A DNA stretch of 64,000 bases. Source: Paramecium tetraurelia (Eukaryota). Positions 53,754 through 64,000 of the stretch are shown here, piece after piece. The stretch covers positions 496,001-560,000 of the forward strand of contig CT868085.1 in NCBI GenBank assembly GCA_000165425.1. The letters are read 5' to 3'. The position numbers and the translations under genes are program-made. Position 1 is the first letter of the stretch; the number at the start of each line of letters is the position of its first letter. The notes beneath the pieces were generated by a model. That model ran no database searches, was not told the DNA's origin, and saw only the letters and a list, made by a program, of their open reading frames with translations.

Positions 53754-54911
53754 TCATTATTCAAGTGGAACATCATATTCAAAGTCCTTCGTCGTCAATC
53801 CTTTACATTAATACTACCCTTCTCTAATAAAATGTCCTCTAAAATATCGATAGTTCTTGTATTTCTTCTTAGTTTCACTCACCTTCTTTGGCACTTTTAT
53901 CTATTTTACCAAATCTTCCTCCTCCAATTGATAAACATACGGATTCTATTGCTCCTTCTTTTTATTCTTTTCCTCATCATTCCCTTTCTAAGAATTGCGT
54001 TTTTTCTTCGGCTTCAAAAGAACCGAAAACTATTCATTCTCATTATTATTAGATTCATTAAATAATTAGAGTTTTTTGGAATAGTCATTTTCTAACAGAG
54101 TCAGCTTATAAATTGGGCATTGTTTGTTTTGCTCAATAGTCTTGTATAGCATCGGATGAAATGTTAATTGATTCGCATGATTAGTGAAGAATCTATTGAT
54201 CCTTCTAAACTCCTCCATCAATTGCAAGTAAAAGTAGATCTTTTTAAATTGATGTCTCGTAGTTATCTTGGAGAACTTACTATATCTCTCCTCTCTTGAA
54301 TCTGAAAAACAGCTAGCATAGCATTTCAATAACTCCTGTAACTTCATTGCGCTTTCCCTGAAATCTCTCACAAAGTAATCATCTTTGTATTCGTCTATGT
54401 CGTGATCCAGTATTCTCAACATTGATAACACCGTTATTGGCTATATCATTGTATGTTTCTAATAGAAATCAGATCTCCTTAACGACTTCACCACTGAAAA
54501 TATATAGCAATCCTTAAATCCCAACAACCCTGGTTTCAACCACGTTTTAACATAATCAGCATATCGAGTTGAATACAATTAGATTCCTGTCAATCTCTTG
54601 AATTCGTGTTTTGCATAATCCATATTGCCCCTTGTTTTTATCGCTGTTTCGAATAGGGTGGCCAATTATTCCTTAGACATGTTTTCATTGTAATCAACAA
54701 AAGATTCCCATCTAAATATTTATCAATGTTTCTACGCTCTTTTCAATCTGTAGGCCTTCTCAATCTTTATTCCAACCTGAGCTTCCAAATGTCTTGCAAC
54801 TTATCCCCAATTCTTACAATTTGGTCCCCCATGAACATCCACTATTTAAACTAGTTCCTTTGATATGCTCAAGTATTTCCCTTTACTCTTTTGTCTATCC
54901 TTCTATCTCAT
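53754..54911 (-). CDS. Hypothetical protein with divergent N-terminal Myb/SANT-like motif
   Basis: ELVQIVDVHGGPNCKNWGQVARHL resembles a Myb repeat; long open frame with basic/acidic C-terminus ending DFEYDVPLEQ-TGA; start uncertain (54911 or an upstream ATG with an intron). Confidence 0.6.
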
Positions 54912-55286
54912 CAGAATAAGTAAAATTATTCATTATTTTCCCCTTTCTATTTCGCATTTTAATTTTTGTCAAATTATTATAAACAATATTATAAACATAA
55001 ACCAAAACTCTTTGTGCTTATTGATACATAAGATTCATTTATTGTTTATTACTTAGTTAAGAATAAAATGGCTTTAGTATATAAGAACATTGCATACAGT
55101 TAAATGGATTAAATCTACCTCAAGTTTAAAGATATTTTTATAATGAAGTATTGTGGATTCCAATTCGTTTATCCTTATTTTATTATTAAATAAGTCTTCT
55201 AAACATCGATAATTTATGTGTATAAAAATTTTAATTTTTTTGGATTTATATTTAGTTAATGAAGCAAAATAAAAATTAATTAAATA

Positions 55287-56368
55287 TCAGCATGTCTGTC
55301 TTTCGACAAATGACTTATTTATTACATTCCATATTTTGGAATGCAAAAAACAAAGAGAAGTTCCTCCTCTTTTATTTTAGGTAGTCATTCTATTCAAATC
55401 AGACATACAAACATAGGGCATAGCACTTTGGACTGAGATACCAAATTTAGAATGGTCTTTTGTATATTTAAATTTATAACCCTAAATATAGAATTTGAAT
55501 TATACATTATGATTTCTATAAATATTGCTATAAGTTTGGTAAGTATTTGTGCATGCAGCCTCCTATAGACCTCCAGTTCCATTTCCCCATGTTTCCATTA
55601 CCAAACCAACTTTTAATGTAGGAGCAACAACTGTAGCATAAAAGTCATCCACTAAATTTTGGTTCTTGGAAATAACATTAATGATCATTCCATTCTTGCT
55701 CTTAACCTATGAAGCTCCATTTTAGGCTGGGATTTTCCTTGAATTGTTTCTTAAAGCAAAAATATTTGGGTAAGTTGACTCAAAAGTGCTGATTTCATTA
55801 GCCTTCTGGGTTAAGGTTTAGGCAATAATATATTGCTCGGCTACAACATTAATTTAAGAAGTCATCATTGTCACACAAAAAAAATGTTGCCCATTTACAC
55901 TAGAACTGCTTGGCATTCCAGGTATTATATAACTAAATTTATATTACCAAAATATTACCTTTAAGTATCATCGAAAACAGGGAATTGTGGTGTTGAATGG
56001 TTGATTATGAATCCCTATCCACTAGTAGATGCTGACAAAATGCCTTTGGAATGAGCTCTATCGGAGATTGTTGATTTTCCAGAGGGTTAATCATTCCATA
56101 CTACATTCATAGTTGTAGTTGATGTAAATGAGATCTAACTCACAGTTCTTTACAAGGCAGATGTATAGTCTCTCAAATCATCATTCATCAGGTTCATTGC
56201 AGAACAGTCATTTTGTGAATCACAATAATAGTATTCAAATCCACTATAGGGAATACTTGTGTCAGCAGGCAATTTGAATATCAGCCACCAGTCAACCTAT
56301 GTTCCTGTCGAACTTAAGCAGCTTTGGCTAAACACCTATATCACTAGAACTAGCAGAAGGATTTTCAT
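55287..56368 (-). CDS. DNASE2: Deoxyribonuclease II (acid DNase), secreted/lysosomal
   Basis: Signal peptide; VDWWLIFKLP, WNDQP, AHSKG, HSTPQFP, GQHFFC, DHSKF, CMSDLNR..Q.KRGG, i.e. both catalytic HxK motifs of DNase II. Confidence 0.93.
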
Positions 56369-57503
56369 TGTTACAATTATCAATGAACTATCTTTGTTTT
56401 ATAATATGATATCACTTTATATGTCATGTGACGCACTTTTTTTATATTGTAATACTGTTCAAAATCTTTAAGCTTTGTACAATAATATTCAATATAATTA
56501 AATTAAGTGACATTTATTTTTTTAATACTAATACTACATTAAATCATCTTGCATTTTAAAATATTATACCACTTTTAATTAACTCAAAATAATTGTATTA
56601 TTCTCCTCTTTGATAAAGGTCGTTGTTGTTCCGAATTATGGTCATGATATGACTTAAATTCAATTAAAAAATAAAGAGATTTAAACTTTCTATTTATTGA
56701 AATTGCAAGAACTCAGAATTTGCATTTTAGAATTTTCATCATTTACCAATATACCTACAAGAATAAGGATCACTATTGATATTGTATATGAAATATTTCT
56801 AAAATTCATAAATCATAATCCTTTCTACTTCTTATATTATGATCAAATATATTTCTGATGAAATGCAAATATACTTTTTATTTATTGTCATAATCTTTAC
56901 TTTTTAAATATGACAATAAAACATGAATCCCCCCTCATTGATGTACCTTAATCAAATATCTCAATATTTTATGTGACGAAATTGATAAAAAATAGTATTA
57001 TTTTCTTTTGATTATGTAATATTAGAGTAATAATCTGTCACCACTCGCAAAAATATAAAATTTAATAAAAATTTTCTTATTAGAACAATAATATCCTGAA
57101 TTATGTGAAAATACGACATATACATCCCTTATAATCTAATATGGCTATAAAAATTGGAATATAAGTATTTTGTGGCGACATAAAACTTATTTTAATAAAT
57201 CAAGTGAAAAATCTTAACATTTTGATACCAGAACTTCAAATATCACTATTCTTATCAGAAAATTTAGTTGCTTTTGATTTGTGATTTTTTAAAATAAATT
57301 AATAAACTTCTAATCAAATGATGTCATAAAAAGATACAATATAAAAATTTTGAAAACAGGAAAGGAAATGGGATTCAATTATTATTAAGCATTACAAGAT
57401 TAGAAGCAAGCAATTTGGTGTGGCAGAGATGATTATTTTAAGTAAATTGAATATAAATTTTATTGATTATATTTATAAAAATTTGTCAGTTAATCGAACA
57501 ATC

Positions 57504-59045
57504 ATGTAAAGAAAAATAGAATGCTATAATAAAGGACTTTTTACGTCAATGACTCAATTTGAACTCAAATAGAGATCTAACGGTAAGACTAGTTTAGGAA
57601 CTGGATCTTTTGGAACTGTTAATCTGGTACAACATGTCAAATCATAATCACTCTATGCCATAAAATCAATTTAACAAAGCAATATCTAAACTCCATATGA
57701 GTAGGAAGGAGTGGAAAGGGAAATTAAAGTCCATTTAAAGTGCCATCATCCAAATATCGTAAATTTGTATGATAGTTTCATTGAACATGGAAACGTATAT
57801 ATGGTGTTGGAATATGCTGAAAATGGAAACCTCTACAATTACGTATAAAGGAGAAAAAGATTAGATGAAAAAGAAGCCTGCAAGTACTTTATTTAAACCT
57901 GCAAAGCATTGCAATATCTTCATGAAATAAATGTATTCCATAGAGATATCAAAGTAATAAATGATATAAACATACATAGCCTGAGAATTTGTTGTTGGAT
58001 AGCAATAACGACATCAAATTATGTGATTTCGGATGGTGCGCAGAGAACATTCATCTTAAAAGAAAGACCTTCTGTGGAACCTACGAGTACATGGCTCCTG
58101 AAATTGTCTCAGACTTGCCCTATGACTATAAGATAGACATCTGGTCAGTTGGAGTATTGCTTTATGAATTGTTGCATGGGTATGCTCCATTTAAGGGGAA
58201 GGAATACAAGGAAATAGCAGCAAATATAAAGACCGGCTTAATACGCTATTCCAGTTCAATCAATGCAGATGCCCAAGAACTAATAAAGAATATCTTATAA
58301 AAAGAACCATCTTAGAGATTATCCTTCAAAGATATTTATCAATCTCCATTTGTTCAGAGATGCTATCCATAATAAGGATGTAATATTGTTATCTAATAAT
58401 ATAATAGAACTTAAGATATCGTTATCTCCAAGGTCTAGTTTTTCAGTTGATTAAAATTCAATCTAAAAATATCAATCTCCTTTGATAAGTCACAAATAAT
58501 AACCAATTGGTAGATTAAATCAAACAAATGGGAATAATTTGAACAACTCTTCATCTTTGAGTATCAAATCTCCTAATATATCAAAAACAAGAGTTGATTC
58601 AAAGAAACAATCAAATATATTTGATGATATCAAAAAGAAAATCATTTATGAATAGACCAGTCCTTTAAGGGATGCGACAAACATGCATAAAAGAAATTAG
58701 GCTAGTTTAACCAATTTAATCAAGAATTCTAATACAAAAATTACATAGATAAAAAGTCCTTAACCAAAAAAGATCTAATTGAGTAAATACTGTTCAAAAT
58801 CAAGAAACTTTGATGAAAATGGAACTCTCAAGCTTTTAGATTAATTTAAATCAATGCCATCGTTTACAATAGAGGATCAATAGCATACTTTCGAAGAGGA
58901 AAACAGATTAAATTTAAAGACTGATAGAGTTATCAAAGTGTAAAATAAGGATTGTGTTTCTAGATTCAAAAAAGAATCTCATTAGTCTTAAGATTTAGAT
59001 AAGATACTAAAAATGTATCTAAGTATGTGCAGCAGTAGACAATGA
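57504..59045 (+). CDS. Aurora-family-like Ser/Thr kinase with long S/Q-rich C-terminal tail
   Basis: LGTGSFGTV, REIKVH..HPNIV.LY, LEYAENG, HRDIKPENLLL, LCDFGW, RKTFCGTYEYMAPE, DIWSVGVLLYELLHGYAPF; DFGW is an Aurora hallmark. Confidence 0.92.
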
Positions 59046-59651
59046 ATTGTTATTTTTATAATTTAGTACTTTATTAAATATTTTTGTAATCTATTATATT
59101 CTAAGGTCAGTTAAGAAAAATTCATTAGTCGTTAAATCTGAAATTATATAATTGCATCAAATATTAGCGTAATTAATATTGTTTGGTATTTGTACTAGGA
59201 TATAAGATATTAACATATTGAATTAAAAGCTTAATTATGTTGATATTATTTAATAATTTCTGATCTCAATTTATTGTTTAAATTATTAATTTGTTAAAAT
59301 ACTGACTAAGCAAGCCATAGATCAAAATTAATAATGTATCATCATTTACTAAATATATGACTCTAAAATAAAATAAAAATTCATCCTAACAGATTCAGTC
59401 ATCAATAATTATTTGTCCATTTTGGTCATTTATCTTGGTTAATTTTGATCTAAAGTAATCACATAAACCGATAACAAAATTGATCCCAATCAAATTTCAA
59501 TCCATGCTAACTCCCAAAACTTCATCAATAAACATTTATGTGACTATTTGCATATTAAATCCAAATTTTATTATTCATTTAGTCCATAGATTCTATGATT
59601 AATTTAAATCTCATGGCATTTTAATTACATTTTTAATAAAAATTAAATCTA

Positions 59652-60049
59652 ATGAATAGTCAAGAGAATGTTGCTGGGGTGAAAACGAGGTCTATGAAAG
59701 TGTGCGATAATATGGTAGAAATTACTGCAAAACGAGTTTACTGTCATATTTCGAAAGCAAAGAAGACTTAATTGGTTCAAACTGTACTGAAATAGAAATG
59801 CAAAATTAAGAAAGTAAGATTTTCTTAAAATTTCAGATAGCCAAAGACCTGAATATTAACTATGCTACTGCTAAAACTATACTACATTGTTATAAGAAAA
59901 AGGAAATTAATTTGAACGATGACTCATAGTAAAAAAGGGCTAGTTATAGTTCTATAAAGAATGACCCTAAATTATATGTCTAAATTAGGCAAGGGGAAAA
60001 AATAATAAACCACTATGAGTATTTCGATGTAATCAAAAGACACTAATGA
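59652..60049 (+). CDS. Small helix-turn-helix (homeodomain-like/psq-like) protein, 124 aa
   Basis: KRVYCHISKAKKTQLVQTV..KIKKIAKDLNINYATAKTILHCY; 23-nt intron gives 125 codons. Confidence 0.75.
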
Positions 60050-60529
60050 TTTTTTTTAACTCCTCTTAATTTTGCATTTCACTATATATATATACAAAAA
60101 ATAGAAAGTTCCTAGAAAAATTAAATGACTTCGACCAGAATCCTAAATAAAATACTTTTAAATATCATATTGATCAACGAATTGCCTTGATGTGTTAAAA
60201 GCCAAAATATATAATTAATAAAGCTTAGTATATATTGTCAATTAAAGGAATTAAAGAGCTTGAATGCTTTAATTTCATAAGTCCTATATCGTGAACTCCT
60301 TATAGAAATGATTATTTTGGATTCTATTCAAACCCTTCAGGAATATCACTAAATAAAAAAGTAGTAAAGAATTAATTTCAATAGTCGATTCTAAATCGAT
60401 AGTATATTTGAAAAATGATAAGTAAATAAAATATATAAATGCTAGATATTTATAAATGCGTCCTTTGAATTTTCAAAAAAAAATGGCTTGCAAATCAAAA
60501 TTATTTTAAATTTTGTATTGTAATTAATT

Positions 60530-61007
60530 ATGAAGGACAACAAAAATTAACCAGAATTAATTAAGACTTAAGTAGTTGACATTAATAATCATTTTTTAGT
60601 TAAGAAAGAGGAATTATCGTTATCTTGGTTTCCTTAGTATCAAAATTATGATATTATTTAAGGTAAACTATTAAGCAACCTTCTTATTAATCATCGAATA
60701 TTAGTCAATGTCTTTAGCAACAAGTAATCCCATTCGAAATACTAGCAACCTAGAGCTTTTAAACTATGTTTTACTGGGATTGTTCTAGAATCTCAATATT
60801 ATAGTTCATATAATAACAGGAAATTAACCTAATAATTTAGAATTGAAAGATCTAAACTCATTAAATTATGAAAGAACAAGAGCAGATATCAATATACTAT
60901 GCATTTTAGAATGGATAAATTAGCAATTTTATAAAGACCCAAAAAAGGTAGATAAAATTGTTGATGTTATATAGAGATATTGCTATCTAAGAAAGATTGA
61001 TCTTTGA
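60530..61007 (+). CDS. Hypothetical protein
   Basis: MKDNKNQPELIKTQ plus a probable GTA..TAG intron, ends ILEWINQQFYKDPKKVDKIVDVIQRYCYLRKIDL-TGA; internal frame not fully verified. Confidence 0.4.
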
Positions 61008-61300
61008 TCATATGTATACTAATTGTGAACAAATTAATTGTTATGTCCATGCTTAAATTTGGTTCTGCATGTTTAAATAACATTACGAATGTTTTAAATT
61101 ATTATATTTTATAAATGATGAATTATTTTGTAAAATAATTGGCTTATTTTATTTTTCTTTTGGTCATGAGGTTTATATCATAAAATCAATTATAAATTGC
61201 AATTTTGGTTATATTGGGGAGATGACTTTTAGATCAATTTTACTCCAATTCATTTAAATGTTGGTTTAATTATAATTATTAAAATACATAAAGTCTATTG

Positions 61301-61890
61301 ATGCTTCATTGTTGTCGATGCAATAAAAGTCGATCTCCAAAAGATAGGAACAAAAGCAATACTAAATTGCAGGATCACTAAATTGAGTAAAGGGTGTAGC
61401 AGGCGAACCATTAACAAGCTTATATTGCGAAGATTAAGGAGAATGAATAAATGATTCTGAAAATGTACAAAGAGTTGTAAGATGAAAATGGTAGACTTAG
61501 AAGTCTTATAAATTCGTATTGATTATTTGTTTTAAGGTGTAGATTGGAATAGGAGAAATTAGAATTGCAGGAGAAATTCAATTAGTTATAGATTCAAAGC
61601 ATACAATTTATTCCTCAAAGTCATTCGAGATCAATACTGGAGGAGACTAATTTACATTTTAGTACCAAGCAACAGTCTTTCCAATTTAATGACCCCAGCA
61701 ATATAAAATATTAATCGTTAAAAAAATTGTACGACGAATTAATTAAGGATAAGGACTGGGATGCTTAGAAAAAGAATCAGTATTCATCTTCAATATAGTT
61801 TCTGAATAATATTCTTTAATAGAAGTAAGAAGACTTGGAATTGGCACAAGGCCAAATCATTAAGCAGAATAAGATCATTGGGGAATATGA
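61301..61890 (+). CDS. Hypothetical low-complexity protein
   Basis: MLHCCRCNKSRSPKDR..., short coiled coil, one tiny intron, ends QAEQDHWGI-TGA. Confidence 0.55.
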
Positions 61891-61922
61891 GTTAAAATAT
61901 AATTAATTATTATGTAATACAT

Positions 61923-62096
61923 ATGATTAATAAATAAGAGGATTACTAGTAGTTATAATAGGAGGTTTACTAAAGGAAGAGATCATTCTCGGAATTTAAA
62001 ACCATGGCACTATCGTAGGATAACCCTTTTAATGGAGTGATTTAGGAGGCGATCAAATTAAACCCTTAGAAAATTGTAATAAAAACTATAAATTGA
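61923..62096 (+). CDS. Putative micro-protein (57 aa)
   Basis: MINKQEDYQQLQQEVYQRKRSFSEFKTMALSQDNPFNGVIQEAIKLNPQKIVIKTIN-TGA fills the gap between two genes with ~30-nt AT spacers on both sides. Confidence 0.5.
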
Positions 62097-62125
62097 GTTC
62101 GTCTATTTATATAATTATATTTATA

Positions 62126-62827
62126 ATGATTACTCGCAGTGAAATTAAGGGATTTCTGCCCCAAAGTATTAGTAAACAATATAAAACAGAACCGATAGAT
62201 CAGAATATCAGCGATCTCTCCTTCAGTTTCACACACAGTTTGAAGAGTAGTGTGAAGCCGAAGTTAAACGATTCAATACAATTCGAAACCCAGATATCTT
62301 AGAGAATTCAAGTTAAACCTCCTCTAACATCAAAGAGCAACAAAAAGTTCTCGATCCCAATAATCAGAGATAAAACAAACTTTAATTCTGGATTGATTAG
62401 TGATTAAATGTCTACTCCTAGATCGAAATTGTAAGACTGTAAATTTTAACTAATTCATCTCAAGCTGTAAAACTAACAAAACCAAAAGATCAACAAGCAA
62501 ATATTGATTGAGAAATTATCTAAGCAATTGAAACAATCTTCAACAACCAACATCCCAAAATCAAAAGAGATGATGTAAATTGAGTTGTTATTAGCTGCAT
62601 ACAATTAATTACACTTAAGTCATTCAAAGTTGAAACAGGAGAACAAGACTTTAGAATAAGAAATCACAATATGGAAATCAAAGTATCAGGATTTGGAAAA
62701 AAAGACAAAATCAAACATCCATTCTAAAAGTACATCATTATAAGTGTAATTCAATAAGCCAATTAATTAAAATATATAAGAGAGATTAAAAACACAATCA
62801 AATTCTTTTAAGTTCTCCTTATATTGA
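62126..62827 (+). CDS. Hypothetical protein with C-terminal coiled coil (233 aa)
   Basis: Intronless 234-codon frame MITRSEIKGFLPQS...LEQEITIWKSKYQDLEKK...FSLY-TGA. Confidence 0.7.
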
Positions 62828-62871
62828 TTTATATAATTCATACTATATTTATACATATATATTTAGATTAG

Positions 62872-64000
62872 TCATTGTTTTCTTGATCCAAAATTACTTA
62901 AGCTTGGATACTCCCCATAATTATTTCTCATCTGTCTCTGTGATCCAAACTATTGTTAACTTTATTGCAAGTAATTATTGGAACCAGGAGACTGATTCAT
63001 GTATTAGGCTTGCTATGAAATCTCAAGTCCCCCTTTTGTTTGACTTTATGAAATCTTCTGTTCAGATTATCTTATTGATGCTTTACTATTTATAGCCGAT
63101 CCAGCATTAGATTTCGAAGTAGTTATTTCTGGGGGAGCCAACTTGTGAATATTCAAGTATTCCGGTAGATCATAATTAACTACTTTTAGAAACTCAGAAA
63201 TAAATCCTCCTAATTAAGAACTAGATTTATGTATAAATTAGTACGATTTCTCAGAATCAAAACTAACTTTGGTTTAATGAAGAGCATATCTCTCTGTGAA
63301 TTCTTATGCTTGTAGAAAATATTGTTCATTTTCCTGTAAAGTTTTGGATTTCAAAAATCGTATGAGTGGTCTCATGCAATCCTGATTCTTTAAATTATCT
63401 AATAATTCAACATGTGAATTCCATCTATCTTGAATTACCTATTTGAAGAATTGAGCATCTCGTTTATAATTTTCAATATTTTTTATATGCTTTCCTTGGA
63501 CATCTATGAGCAATGAATTGAAATGTTATTCAATTATCTTAATGATCCTCTCCTTCTTCTCATTTAATAGTTTTATGCATTACATGTTCATTTGGTCAGC
63601 CATTAATACAGAATTAGTAATATTCTAAAAGCAAGATGCCAATTTATTAGCTTATAATATATATGATCTAAAGGTACCTTCATTATGCACTGTCAATTAT
63701 ATTTTATTTAAGACATTTTCCAGACTATCCAATTTAGGTTTGGACTGCGATTCAAAATGCTCCTGCACATGTTAAGGAATACATTCAGGACATAATGGGA
63801 AACAACATCCTTCAAGTTAACAGAAGTTAGTATAATTATATCCTTAATGATTGTAGCAATTAATCTAATTGCAATTTAAATAAACAATACTCTTGGTATG
63901 TTGTGAGTGTTAAATTCATTACAATGCTCGAGAATTTTAGGTACTTATAAAACGCTTGACACCAATTTTGTTTCACACATTGGATTATTGGCCTATTATT
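62872..64000 (-). CDS. B-box-type zinc finger coiled-coil protein (5' end may lie beyond the window)
   Basis: CYNHQGYNYTNFCQLEGCCFPLCPECIPQHVQEH followed by a helical region and a low-complexity tail ending FGSRKQ-TGA. Confidence 0.7.

Noticed and set aside
1..64000. Most ORFs in the supplied six-frame track (e.g. 368-559, 16374-16637, 46811-47128, 50817-51167, 53832-54065)
   Set aside because: Computed with the standard code; they are antisense or off-frame shadows of real genes, or exon fragments cut at TAA/TAG Gln codons.
1..64000. Telomeric repeats, IESs, transposons, CRISPR arrays, tRNA/rRNA genes
   Set aside because: No C4A2/C3A3 tracts, terminal inverted repeats, DDE transposase ORFs, repeat-spacer arrays or RNA-gene signatures seen; gene interruptions are explained by introns or 1-2-nt indels rather than TA-bounded insertions.

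Overview
AT-rich, gene-dense eukaryotic DNA that reads as a ciliate (Paramecium-type) somatic/macronuclear chromosome segment. TAA/TAG encode Gln, TGA is the only stop, and introns are ~19-30 nt GT(A)...(T/C/A)AG. The supplied standard-code ORF track therefore fragments or misses nearly every gene; all calls below were re-translated by hand with the ciliate code, so exon boundaries are approximate. Recognisable genes: CKS1, a double-RING/LON-domain ligase, an epiplasmin, a TmcB/C-type PAS membrane protein, a trichocyst matrix protein, a CEP290 homologue with an inserted six-EF-hand module and four frame breaks, two CNBD-family cation channels (one GYGD pore, one degenerate pore, both with a CCHC zinc-knuckle motif), two kinases (CAMK-like, Aurora-like), two Cys-rich surface proteins, RPS23, a chromo-shadow-only protein, a MORN protein, DNase II, Myb-like/HTH proteins and several ciliate-specific hypotheticals, separated by a few kb-scale gene-poor tracts with decayed gene remnants. 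I found no telomere repeats, tRNA/rRNA genes, transposons or CRISPR arrays, and no multi-gene novel system that I can support. The best leads are protein-level novelties: the EF-hand CEP290, the zinc-knuckle and altered-pore channels, the chromo-shadow-only protein and a lipid-anchored PP1-docking protein.
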